From Nemertoderma westbladi (Eukaryota; Animalia; Xenacoelomorpha), in assembly GCA_032718475.1 (NCBI GenBank), contig JAUCBJ010004480.1, forward strand, positions 8,576 through 72,575: a DNA stretch of 64,000 nucleotides, written 5' to 3'. Positions 52,101 through 64,000 of the stretch are shown here, one piece after another. The stretch's first letter is position 1; each line of letters begins with the position of its first letter. Under the pieces are notes generated by a model, which had not been told where the DNA came from, did not search any database, and was given only the letters and a program-made list of their open reading frames with translations. The position numbers were made by a program, and so were the translations under genes.

Positions 52101-55100
52101 TACTGAATATCCATACCGGTACTCAAACCTACTGAATATCCATACCGGTACTCAAACCTACTGAATATCCATACCGGTACTCAAACCTACTGAATATCCA
52201 TACATGTACTCAAACCTACTGAATATCCATACCGGTACTCAAACCTACTGAATATCCATACCGGTACTCAAACCTACTGAATATCCATACCTGTACTCAA
52301 ACCTACTGAATATCCATACTGATACTCAAACCTACTGAATATCCATACCTGTACTCAAACCTACTGAATATCCATACTGGTACTCAAACCTACTGAATAT
52401 CCATACCGGTACTCAAACCTACTGAATATCCATACCTGTACTCAAACCTACTGAATATCCATACCGGTACTCAAACCTACTGAATATCCATACCTGTACT
52501 CAAACCTGCTGAATATCCATACTGATACTCAAACCTACTGAATATCCATACCTGTACTCAAACCTACTGAATATCCATACTGATACTCAAACCTACTGAA
52601 TATCCATACCGGTACTCAAACCTACTGAATATCCATACCTGTACTCAAACCTACTGAATATCCATACTGATACTCAAACCTACTGAATATCCATACCTGT
52701 ACTCAAACCTACTGAATATCCATACCTGTACTCAAACCTACTGAATATCCATACTGGTACTCAAACCTACTGAATACCCATACCGGTACTCAAACCTACT
52801 AAATATCCATTCCGGTACTCAAACCTACTAAATATCCATACCGGTACTCAAATCGACTGAATATCCATACCGGTACTCAAACCTACTGAATACCCATACC
52901 GGTACTCAAACCTACTAAATATCCATACCGGTACTCAAACCTACTAAATATCCATACTTGTACTCAAACCTACTGAATATCCATACTGGTACTCAAACCT
53001 ACTGAATACCCATACCGGTACTCAAACCTACTGAATATCCATACTGGTACTCAAACCTACTGAATATCCATACTGATACTCAAACCTACTGAATATCCAT
53101 ACTGATACTCAAACCTACTGAATACCCATACCGGTACTCAAACCTACTGAATATCCATACTGGTACTCAAACCTACTGAATATCCATACTGATACTCAAA
53201 CCTACTGAATACCCATACCGGTACTCAAACCTACTGAATATCCATACTGGTACTCAAACCTACTGAATATCCATACCGGTACTCAAAGCTACTGAATATC
53301 CATACCAGTACTCAAAACTACTGAATATCCATACTGGTACTCAAACCTACTGAATATCCATACCGGTACTCAAACCTACTGAATATCCATACCGGTACTC
53401 AAACCGACTGAATATCCATACCGGTACTCAAACCTACTGAATATCCATACCGGTACTCAAACCTACTGAATATCCATACCGGTACTCAAACCTACTGAAT
53501 ATCCATACCGGTACTCAAACCTACTGAATATCCATACCGGTACTCAAACCTACTGAATATCCATACTGATACTCAAACCTACTGAATATCCATACTGATA
53601 CTCAAACCTACTGAATACCCATACCGGTACTCAAACCTACTGAATATCCATACTGGTACTCAAACCTACTGAATATCCATACTGATACTCAAACCTATTG
53701 AATATCCATACCGGTACTCAAACCTACTGAATATCCATACCAGTACTCAAACCTACTGAATATCCATACTGATACTCAAACCTACTGAATATCCATACTG
53801 ATACTCAAACCTACTGAATACCCGTACCGGTACTCAAACCTACTGAATATCCATACTGATACTCAAACCTACTGAATATCCATACTGGTACTCAAACCTA
53901 CTGAATATCCATACTGATACTCAAACCTACTGAATATCCATACTGATACTCAAACCTACTGAATACCCATACCGGTACTCAAACCTACTGAATATCCATA
54001 CTGGTACTCAAACCTACTGAATATCCATACTGATACTCAAACCTACTGAATATCCATACCGGTACTCAAACCTACTGAATATCCATACTGATACTCAAAC
54101 CTACTGAATATCCATACTGATACTCAAACCTACTGAATACCCGTACCGGTACTCAAACCTACTGAATATCCATACTGATACTCAAACCTACTGAATATCC
54201 ATACTGGTACTCAAACCTACTGAATATCCATACTGATACTCAAACCTACTGAATATCCATACTTATACTCAAACCTACTGAATACCCATACCGGTACTCA
54301 AACCTACTGAATATCCATACTGGTACTCAAACCTACTGAATATCCATACTGATACTCAAACCTACTGAATATCCATACTGATACTCAAACCTACTGAATA
54401 CCCATACCGGTACTCAAACCTACTGAATATCCATACTGGTACTCAAACCTACTGAATATCCATACTGATACTCAAACCTATTGAATATCCATACTGATAC
54501 TCAAACCTACTGAATATCCATACCGGTACTCAAACCTACTGAATATCCATACTGGTACTCAAACCTACTAAATATCCATACCGGTACTCAAACCTACTAA
54601 ATATCCATACCGGTACTCAAACCTACTAAATATCCATACCGGTACTCAAATCGACTGAATATCCATACCGGTACTCAAACCTACTGAATATCCATACCTG
54701 TACTCAAACCTACTGAATATCCATACTGATACTCAAACCTACTGAATATCCATACCTGTACTCAAACCTACTGAATACCCATACCGGTACTCAAACCTAC
54801 TAAATATCCATACCGGTACTCAAACCTACTAAATATCCATACCGGTACTCAAATCGACTGAATATCCATACCGGTACTCAAACCTACTGAATATCCATAC
54901 CTGTACTCAAACCTACTGAATATCCATACTGATACTCAAACCTACTGAATATCCATACCTGTACTCAAACCTACTGAATATCCATACTGATACTCAAACC
55001 TACTGAATATCCATACCGGTACTCAAACCTACTGAATATCCATACCGGTACTCAAACCTACTGAATATCCATACCAGTACTCAAACCTACTAATATCCAT

Positions 55101-57078
55101 ACTGGTACTCAAACCTACTGAATATCCATACTGGTACTCAAACCTACTGAATATCCATACTGGTACTCAAACCTACTGAATATCCATACCGGTACTCAAA
55201 CCTACTGAATATCCATACCTGTACTCAAACCTACTGAATATCCATACTGATACTCAAACCTACTGAATATCCATACCTGTACTCAAACCTACTGAATATC
55301 CATACTGATACTCAAACCTACTGAATATCCATACCGGTACTCAAACCTACTGAATATCCATACCTGTACTCAAACCTACTGAATATCCATACTGATACTC
55401 AAACCTACTGAATATCCATATACCTGTACTCAAACCAACTGAATATCCATACCAGTACTCAAACCTACTGAATATCCATACCGGTACTCAAACCTACTGA
55501 ATATCCATACCGGTACTCAAACCGACTGAATATCCATACCAGTACTCAAACCTACTGAATATCCATACCGGTACTAAAACCTACTGAATATCCATACCGG
55601 TACTCAAACCTACTGAATATCCATACCAGTACTCAAACCTACTGAATATCCATACCGGTACTCAAACCTACTGAATATCCATACTGATACTCAAACCTAC
55701 TGAATATCCATACTGATACTCAAACCTACCGAATATCCATACCGGTACTCAAACCTACTGAATATCCATACTGATACTCAAACCTACTGAATATCCATAC
55801 CGGTACTCAAACCTACTGAATATCCATACTGGTACTCAAACCTACTGAATATCCATACTGATACTCAAACCTACTGAATATCCATACCGGTACTCAAACC
55901 TACTGAATATCCATACTGGTACTCAAACCTACTGAATATCCATACTGATACTCAAACCTACCGAATATCCATACCGGTACTCAAACCTACTGAATATCCA
56001 TACTGATACTCAAACCTACTGAATATCCATACCGGTACTAAAACCTACTGAATATCCATACCGGTACTCAAACCTACTGAATATCCATACTGATACTCAA
56101 ACCTACTGAATATCCATACCGGTACTCAAACCTACTGAATATCCATACTGGTACTCAAACCTACTGAATATCCATACTGATACTCAAACCTACTGAATAT
56201 CCATACCGGTACTCAAACCTACTGAATATCCATACTGATACTCAAACCTACCGAATATCCATACCGGTACTCAAACCTACTGAATATCCATACTGATACT
56301 CAAACCTACTGAATATCCATACCGGTACTCAAACCTACTGAATATCCATACTGGTACTCAAACCTACTGAATATCCATACCGGTACTAAAACCTACTGAA
56401 TATCCATACCGGTACTCAAAGCTACTGAATATCCATACCAGTACTCAAACCTACTGAATATCCATACCGGTACTAAAACCTACTGAATGTCCATACCGGT
56501 ACTCAAACCAACTGAATATCCATACCAGTACTCAAACCTACTGAATATCCATACCGGTACTCAAACCTACTGAATATCCATACCGGTACACAAACCGACT
56601 GAATATCCATACCAGTACTCAAACCTACTGAATATCCATACCGGTACTAAAACCTACTGAATATCCATACCGGTACTCAAACCTACTGAATATCCATACC
56701 AGTACTCAAACCTACTGAATATCCATACCGGTACTCAAACCTACTGAATATCCATACTGATACTCAAACCTACTGAATATCCATACCGATACTCAAACCT
56801 ACTGAATATCCATACCGGTACTCAAACCTACTGAATATCCATACTGATACTCAAACCTACTGAATATCCATACCGGTACTCAAACCTACTGAATATCCAT
56901 ACTGGTACTCAAACCTACTGAATATCCATACCGGTACTAAAACCTACTGAATATCCATACCGGTACTCAAAGCTACTGAATATCCATACCAGTACTCAAA
57001 CCTACTGAATATCCATACCGGTACTAAAACCTACTGAATGTCCATACCGGTACTCAAACCTAATGTACTGAATATCCA
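40128..57078. repeat. Intronic satellite, 29-bp monomer (actgaatatccataccggtactcaaacct), about 17 kb, about 585 copies
   Basis: Continuous tandem array. Variation is concentrated in a 4-nt slot (ccgg/cctg/ctgg/ctga/ccag/catg/cgtg). Confidence 0.99.
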
Positions 57079-57156
57079 GATGTATATTATATATCTAATC
57101 ATTTTATTGATCTATATATATCTAATAAGTATCATCAATTATCTATTTTATATAAG

Positions 57157-57228
57157 GTTGAGGTTACAAACAATCAAAGTAATTCTCCAACACAAGATGA
57201 AGGCTTGCAGCGACCTACTTCTAATCAT
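57157..57228 (+). CDS. NCKX coding exon 6 (72-nt symmetric loop exon)
   Basis: aag acceptor, gttagt donor, phase 0/0, VEVTNNQSNSPTQDEGLQRPTSNH. No conserved motif, so support is structural only. Confidence 0.6.
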
Positions 57229-58273
57229 GTTAGTATGAAATCTAACACTTCATTTTTACAAAATTACGATTACGATACATCCTTCACCGTGTAACTAACT
57301 ATATTATTATAACCAAGCTATTGTTTGATGTTATAAAAACAAGCAATATAATTCTAGTAGGATTTAATTCTTCCTTAACTGAACAGAGGCAGTAATAATT
57401 AACCAGGCAGAGCTAGTCATTGAGCAGGTTAATGTAATAAATGATGCAGATGAAATATGTCAATGCCTATAATGCAACTAACGAGCGTCTCGATGAAAGC
57501 TTTATGGTCACTTTCTATATGAAACGTAATTCACTGTTGCCAGCACAGCTCCAGCCAGCAAAGCACAGCTGCCAGCTGAGCTTGCACAGCTGCCAGCTTC
57601 ACAAGCCATTTAAAAAACTGCTTACATTGAGCGTTATACTGCCAGATGATGTATACCCTGTTCGATAACTATACTCATTGACATACCAACTGGGCTAATG
57701 ATATAACATTTGCTGCTGATAATGCTAATGAAACAAACCTATGGGGTCCCTCATTAAGCAATCATGATAGAGGAATAACAACAATAATTACACCACATCC
57801 TCATGAAATCGTACAGTAACTAGAAAGCTTTAAACGAACCTGCCCCTCAAACCAGTATCCTGAGTGAGTGAAAATGAAAACACGAAAATTGCCATCAATT
57901 CAACGATAGAAACACCAGGTGAGCACTCATGTGGGCCTAGTAAGCTACTACTATTTATTGAATGGATAGCCCAAACTGCAGAGAAGTATATTACTTTTCA
58001 AATTTATTACTATCTCACTCTAACCCAGACAGTAATCAAATATCAACTGTTATTTTGTATAATGTACTGTATTACCCCATAAGCTGAATAGCTCTTCCCA
58101 GTGAATTGAATCCTATGGGAATATTATTGTAAGCACTGGGCCGTTCAAATGTTTTATAGGTTGATGATAATGAATGAGGAGGGACCCAACTAACACTACG
58201 TTTGTCTATGGACACGGTCTCCTTATAGCCAGCTTGCTGGCTTTTCTAGTTGAATCATATTATTCTGCAACCA

Positions 58274-58670
58274 ATAATTTACTCTTTTAGACGAATTAGT
58301 GCATTTTTTTGCTGGACAAACAAACTTTGGCGACGTTCTGTGCGAGATTGGCGATATTTGAAAAGATTCTGAGGCTCAAATATGTTGCTCAAAGTTGGAG
58401 CATACTCGACGAGTTAAAATCGGTGAAATTCGACTTTAAATTTTCAAAACCGCTATTTTTCAGTGTCCCCGTGATCGAAACGCCACAAAAAATATACAGT
58501 CTTGTGCGGAACAAAAATCTATGTAGAGTTTGTTATTAAAATTTTTGCGTACCTGCTTGAGTTTTTGAGATATTGGATGGTTATACACACATACACAGAA
58601 AACCACATCATGCTCGAGTAGAATAGGTCTACGGCAGTAGTCTAAGACTATTACTGCAAAAGGCACAAAA
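58274..58670 (+). mobile_element. Possible Helentron-associated (HINE/DINE-like) non-autonomous element
   Basis: Layout of tttttgagatatt...acacacatacacaga short microsatellite followed by a 3' stem-loop gcagtagtc-taa-gactattactgc. No coding capacity. Confidence 0.35.
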
Positions 58671-59078
58671 TTGATGGATGGTACATGTTTTGCAGGATAA
58701 ACAATGTTTTAGATATTCCACATATCTTATTGCCAAAACCAAGCTCTACACGGAATCTTTCCGCTTCACTGGAAGCCTCGTAAGACTACTATTTACTGTA
58801 CACCTGGTCAGCCTATAACTTTCTCTGATCAACGACATTGATATATCCTGTTTACTCCTTGGTTACCAGTATCTGTAATTACTAATCACTAACAATTTTA
58901 TGTATGATATGTTTATACGTCAGTGGTATAACTTTGCTAGCAATTTGAGCTTATATATTAATGTTTAGTCTGGAAATACTGTATGTTCAGTTCATAATAA
59001 CAGTTTATAGTTTATATTAATTAGCACCTGTCACTTTCCTACTAACTATCACCTGTTTGTTCTTGCACTGTTTAGCAG

Positions 59079-59675
59079 CATGAGGAAGTTGAGCCCCCTA
59101 ACTTTACAACTGCTGCTAACTATTCATCAACGACAGGCGACTCAGTGGCTACAGGGTCGAGAGACTCGAACCCTGGACAGATATCTTCGGTTGTGGATGC
59201 TGCTGGCAGTCGCCCCAGCACTGGTAGCGGATTTACTATCAACAATGCCATACTACACAATACCAGGGCCCTTGCCAAGCGCAATTCCCGAGCCAGCATT
59301 GAGCGTGCAAAATCCAAATCTCATATTGTTGTATATGCGAATGGAGCACCCCCCTTACCTAAGATTCAATGGAATCCTAGCAATCCACATGTCGATCACA
59401 TGGAAGATATGACAAATAACGAGCATGGCGTGCCATCAGTATTGAGTGAACAAGGACATCCGAATGGACAACCAATCGGAGAACAGGGTGGGCAGCATAT
59501 TGCAGAAATAAGTGGGCAATTAATGGTAGAATCCAAGGAAACACCACTGGGAATGGATGGAAGAGATTCTCACCATTCTGAGAGGTCATTGGAAAACCAT
59601 CCCAATATTCCAGGAACTAGTCACGATGGAGAGAGTCCAAGGAGAGACAGATCAGCAGGGAATTGGGAGAGGCTT
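59079..59675 (+). CDS. NCKX coding exon 7 (large low-complexity cytosolic loop exon, 199 aa)
   Basis: tttag-cag acceptor, 597-nt open frame rich in S/G/H/E/P, gtaagt donor at 59676; phase 0/0. Confidence 0.85.
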
Positions 59676-60558
59676 GTAAGTTTCAGATGGCTCTATCCTA
59701 GAAAAATATTTTTGTTATTTTACTGTCTTCTAAATTATTAACAATCACCTGTTTGTATCACACCAATATAATTGTTGTTTCTTCACCTTTTATTTAATTA
59801 ATGTGACTTTTGTTATTAATTGAATTTGAAGGTTAGGGACTAGTACGTTTAATTAATGTCCTGCGTTCCCAGGACGAAGTTTAATTGCATTTTGTCCCAA
59901 TAATTATTGCATAAAGCATGAGCATTACATTAATAAAATGTATTTTATGGTATATATGACATAGCAGGGTAGGTGAGAACTCTAGCTGATTGAATTTCAG
60001 TAGTATTATTCGTATTAAACCTAAATCATTTTTTATTTCAAAACATTTAAATCAAAAATATATTTTTTTTTAACATCAATGGAGGATCTACAGTAGAAGC
60101 ATGCTCCGTGGTTTAAGTAAAGTGTTAACATGATGGTATTAGTACTATTGCATGCTCTAAGCTCCATATATGATGTATTGAAGAAATTGAACTTTCTATA
60201 CGGTAGAATTGTATCATTCTCTATGGTAGGAGTAGCAGCATACTCCATAATAAAAGTATAGAGACACATAAGCAGAAAGAGTCGCGTGTTTTTTATATGA
60301 ATAATCAACAATAATTTAGATAAAGAAATCCAAGATGTGTTGAAATAACAACGTTTATTGCAGAGCTATTGTTTATTGTCCATGGACATAGGAGTACATT
60401 GTAGTGAGATCGCAGCCCCAGGTACAGTAGAAGTGTAGGCCTAGTCCTTAGGGAACCTGCTGTCCCCAAGGATAGATACAATAGTCCCACCCCCCCCCCC
60501 CCCCCCCCCAAATCTCTCTATCTCTCTCCATTTACACAAAATCGTACATGATTAATAG

Positions 60559-60678
60559 GAAGCACCGGATGCGGCTTCCATAAACGACCTTCAAGATGAA
60601 TCCGAACCAAACATTCCCATCTGTCCTTGCTTCCCTCAGTGTCCTACTGCGAAGGGATCAACCCCTGAATTTGATGAG
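60559..60678 (+). CDS. NCKX coding exon 8
   Basis: tag acceptor and gag|gtaagt donor. 120 nt, EAPDAASINDLQDESEPNIPICPCFPQCP...EFDE. Confidence 0.8.
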
Positions 60679-61291
60679 GTAAGTTATTAATTTTATTTAT
60701 TTATGTGGAAATAATTTCGTGCTCTAAAATAGCGTAGGGTGACATAGTTTCCAGCTTTATATACATATAGATGAGCAGTGCGACATTATTTTCTTTATGT
60801 CATTAGGCAACACTTTTACGATGAGTAATCCCGCATAAAACCAAATTAGTCAAATTATTTATTTTGAATTTATCTAATCAGTACGAACAATTTGTACCTG
60901 GCACATCAATAATGTATCCTGTGCATAGATATATAAGTATTAAATAACTATTCTCCATTATAAATCTAGTCTAATACATGTCTTTTTGTTTATTCAATAT
61001 TGAGACGGCAGGAACCGAAGGCTCCCAAAGCCAGCTCCAAAACCCCTCCACCACTTTATCGTCGACCCCCTTAAGGGATCCTTTTTTGAACGTGTGAATA
61101 ATTGAATGTCTAGTATAAGTATAATGTTTGTGAATTATTTGTGTTTCTTTAATTAAATGTGTCTTTGTGTATATGTGTCAATAAGATCAATCTGTCTATA
61201 CTGAAGAATAAGTTTAGGATGAAATATTTATCCCTTACATGAAAAATTAGTTGATACTTATAAATTTACGTATATTATTCATTATTTTTAG

Positions 61292-61431
61292 CCGGATGAC
61301 AAAAGTAGCTTCTTTCGTCAGTTCGTTAGTCATTCTCAATATATAGGGAGATGGTTTATCTTTATCATCGCCTTTCCTTGGATGGTAGCGTTCTCTTTCA
61401 CAATACCAGATTGTTCAAAACCCCATCTTCG
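61292..61431 (+). CDS. NCKX coding exon 9
   Basis: W.IFII.FPW....FTIPDC, the conserved pre-TM6 NCKX segment; phase 0/2. Confidence 0.93.
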
Positions 61432-61645
61432 GTTAGTTTATATATAAAGTTACTTTGGTGTTTTGTAAAACTTTTTTGACTTTTTTTTATGGAATATGTC
61501 GTGTCTCACGCACGTGTCACAAACTAGACATTGAAAAGTAATTCTGTAGAGTTTGTGAGTACCCAATTACCTGTCCGCATGTGTTAAAAGCCTACTTTAT
61601 ACTGCTTTGTGGGTGAAATTAATCTAATGTGTTTTATATTATTAG

Positions 61646-61799
61646 GAAGTGGTACCCATTAACTTTCGGACTTTCCATTCTTTGGATTGGACTTCTTAGT
61701 TTTCTTTGTGTCACAGTCGCCGGCCGTTTTGGTTGTATTTGCGGGATAGACCAATACACAATGGGATTAATTGTCATTGCCATGGGAACCAGCATACCA
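61646..61799 (+). CDS. NCKX coding exon 10 (alpha-2, first half)
   Basis: KWYPLTFGLSILWIGLLSF...MGLIVIAMGTSIP; donor gtaagt at 61800. Confidence 0.96.
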
Positions 61800-62130
61800 G
61801 TAAGTAGTCAGGGTTGTTATCTTTTAACGTTCAACAACTCTGTTGTGTCATAACTATTGTATACTAATCTTTGTATTTCCCTCTGTAAAATACCACACGC
61901 AGATTAAAAGTAATGCAAGGCGTGTCAGTGACGGGTATGTGCCATGAGGGTATATAGCCGGATGTAATAGCACATCACTTTAATGAAGGTATATCATAAT
62001 CACCTCTATAAATATCATTAACATCAAAGGTTTATCTATACCACAGATTCAAAGGATGCTTATGATCAAAGGATCCGCATCCTTACGATCAACATGGTCA
62101 TCAACTTTTTCTCGCTTGTTATTTTTGCAG

Positions 62131-62334
62131 GATGCGATTAGTTCGGTCCTAGTTGCCAGGGATGGCTATGGTGATATGGCGGTCTCCAACGCGATCGGTA
62201 GTAATGTATTCGACATAAACCTAGGAATCGGATTGCCGATGTTAATTCGAATTTTAGTTGATTATTTTGGTCCTACCGAAGTGCCAGGAACGGCTTCGGT
62301 ACTCCAGTTCGAAATATTGAGTGAAGAAGATAGG
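62131..62334 (+). CDS. NCKX coding exon 11 (alpha-2, second half)
   Basis: [36 protein letters not shown]; acceptor tttttgcag, donor gttagt. Confidence 0.97.
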
Positions 62335-62679
62335 GTTAGTTAGTATTGTGGGGAGGAGAGTTTCTCATTAGGGGTGAAGAGGGGTGAGATGGGGATGGAT
62401 GGGAAGGGCTGAGATAAGATTTAGTTTCTTAGACGGAAACAGATATTAAGATAGTACCGGTTTGTAGAGAAGTGGAATTTTGGAATTAAAACAAAAATTA
62501 GTTAATGAAGTATTCTCATGTTTAATATATTACAATTGTGTTTGAGATAAATGAAAGACACATTATGTGACACTAGTAAGTAATAACAAATTTGGTACAG
62601 TTTACTGAGGCTATTTACGTGTATGTTGTTTTAGTTGGGGATTTTCATTTTTCATTACTTTGTATTTCTATATTTGCAG

Positions 62680-62886
62680 GTTCGTTATAACGAAGGCTAT
62701 CTACCAACACCTCACGCGAAGTTTGGTTTTATACTACTAGGTCTTCTCGTCCTTTGCCTAACTATATTCACGATTTGTAAATTTCGTCTCACGAAGTGGA
62801 TTGGTATTAGTTTTGTTCTGCTCTATTTCGCCTTTATCGCTTACGCCTTATTACAGGAGTTCGCGTGTAGTACGACACCTTGTTAA
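62680..62886 (+). CDS. NCKX terminal coding exon 12
   Basis: Two final TM helices, KFRLTKWIG...LY..F....LQE, ending C-x4-C then TAA. Confidence 0.95.
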   Translation, partial: VRYNEGYLPTPHAKFGFILLGLLVLCLTIFTICKFRLTKWIGISFVLLYFAFIAYALLQEFACSTTPC

Positions 62887-62890
62887 TAAA
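62885..62890 (+). terminator. Candidate polyadenylation signal overlapping the stop codon
   Basis: tgtTAATAAA: AATAAA overlaps the TAA. Its use is not demonstrated. Confidence 0.35.
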
Positions 62891-64000
62891 GCGACAAGAT
62901 ATATATAATTCCAATCGTAATAATTGTAACGGCAATCATTTCCCCAAAAATAATTTTTTGCCGTATTTTTTGTGCTTAGTTTTGGTTGAAGTTCAGTCAT
63001 TTCCACTTTGCAAAATAATTGATATTTTTTTTTAAAATATCTTATCATATGGTTTAAAAATATCTTATTTTTACCCCGTTTTTGCCTGATTTTGCCTGAA
63101 ACCTAATTAATGGATACAAATGTATTTTGTATAGAGATATATAATTATTGTTGAAAGTATAGGCTAGGCTTGCCCATTGTTGATCAAATTGTTACTTATT
63201 AATTGAACATTGTAGTTCTGGTATATCCCCAAAAGTATCTCACATTTTGGAAATCTGTTTTATCTATACTTAACTTGGGGGGGGGGGGGGGGGTGTGGGG
63301 GGGGGGGGGGGTATAACCGAACCTTTTTTTAAATAACTGTCAATTAGTGTTAAGTGATAATATTGCTATTTTGTCACGGCCATCCACTGTATGGAAGGCC
63401 AAATAGCCTCTATAGGAAAATTTTAAAATTTATAGCCTCCCCCTAGCGGCTGGCGGCGGAATTAAAGATTTCACTTAAATTGTTACTAGTACCTCAATCT
63501 TAGTCTAAATTTCTTGAAACTATCTTTTTTTGGACTCAGCGTCATAGACTTTACAAAAGTTATAATTATCGAATTTTTAATTCGCTATTTTTATTTTTAT
63601 TTAATTAATTAATTATCATATTTTTAATTAAGATTGACTAATTGCAAAAAATGCTAATATTTATCAAAATTCCATAAGATAACATTTAAAGAGCTTCCAA
63701 AGCTCGTTCGAATGAGCCAACCACGAAGAAAGTTGTTTAAAAAATGACGGAGGTGTAGTAATTGAAAATGAAAAATGTCATTCGGAGAAAATCCCCTTCA
63801 AAGTTTAAACCTTCGCGCCAAAATTGGCTGTCTGTGTTCTGTCAAAACGAGTTTAGAGCCCACACCAGACATCCATTCATATTTCTGTCTGTCAGTCTGT
63901 TTGTCTGTCAAACATTACAAAAGAATACAGGCTAACTAAAATTCTCGCTCTATAGAAGTTTATTTTTCTTTGGCAGACTGTCCTTCAAACATTAAGAAAA

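Larger units (their letters stand above)
3820..62886 (+). other. SLC24/NCKX-family K+-dependent Na+/Ca2+ exchanger gene, 12 coding exons, CDS 2487 nt (about 828 aa)
   Basis: All 11 junctions are GT-AG and phase-compatible (1,1,0,2,0,0,0,0,2,0,0). Alpha-1 motifs [14 protein letters not shown] and [10 protein letters not shown] and alpha-2 motifs GTSIPD and GSNVFD are present. The paralog cannot be assigned from sequence alone. Confidence 0.93.

Noticed and set aside
40128-57078. CRISPR-like appearance (29-bp repeat with a variable slot)
   Set aside because: There are no unique spacers (only a 4-nt variant site), no cas genes, and the context is a eukaryotic intron.
57864-57918. Extra NCKX exon ending in cag|gtgagc
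   Set aside because: An in-frame stop lies just upstream, there is no good acceptor, and its phase 1 is incompatible with the flanking phase-0 exons.
59145-59180. tRNA T-arm/B-box-like string on the minus strand (ggttcgagtctc)
   Set aside because: No cloverleaf or A-box, and it lies inside a coding exon.
63385-64000. MITE-like sequence downstream of the gene
   Set aside because: It runs off the window, and no second terminus or target-site duplication is visible.

Overview
AT-rich, repeat-dense metazoan (probably invertebrate) genomic DNA; no prokaryotic features, rRNA, intact tRNA or CRISPR were seen. One spliced gene spans almost the whole window on the + strand. It encodes a K+-dependent Na+/Ca2+ exchanger (SLC24/NCKX family) in 12 phase-consistent GT-AG coding exons from 3820 to 62886 (2487 nt, about 828 aa), with both alpha-repeats intact. 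Intron 2 (5285-35941, 30.7 kb) is full of transposon remnants: CR1-like, RTE-like and CRE fragments, a Penelope-type hammerhead ribozyme relic, foldback MITEs and a minisatellite hit by three non-LTR insertions. It also holds a complete Mag-type Ty3/Gypsy element (28160-33277, ACAAT target-site duplication, near-identical LTRs, single gag-pol frame broken only by three TAG codons), nested in a TTAA-flanked piggyBac-like non-autonomous element. Intron 5 (40119-57156) is about 99% a 29-bp satellite (about 17 kb, about 585 monomers) with nested higher-order duplications, including a 4175-bp one, and is almost free of sense-strand AG. No clearly new system is demonstrated. The best leads are the satellite-filled intron, the TAG-only disabled but apparently young LTR element, and the minisatellite that collects retro-insertions.
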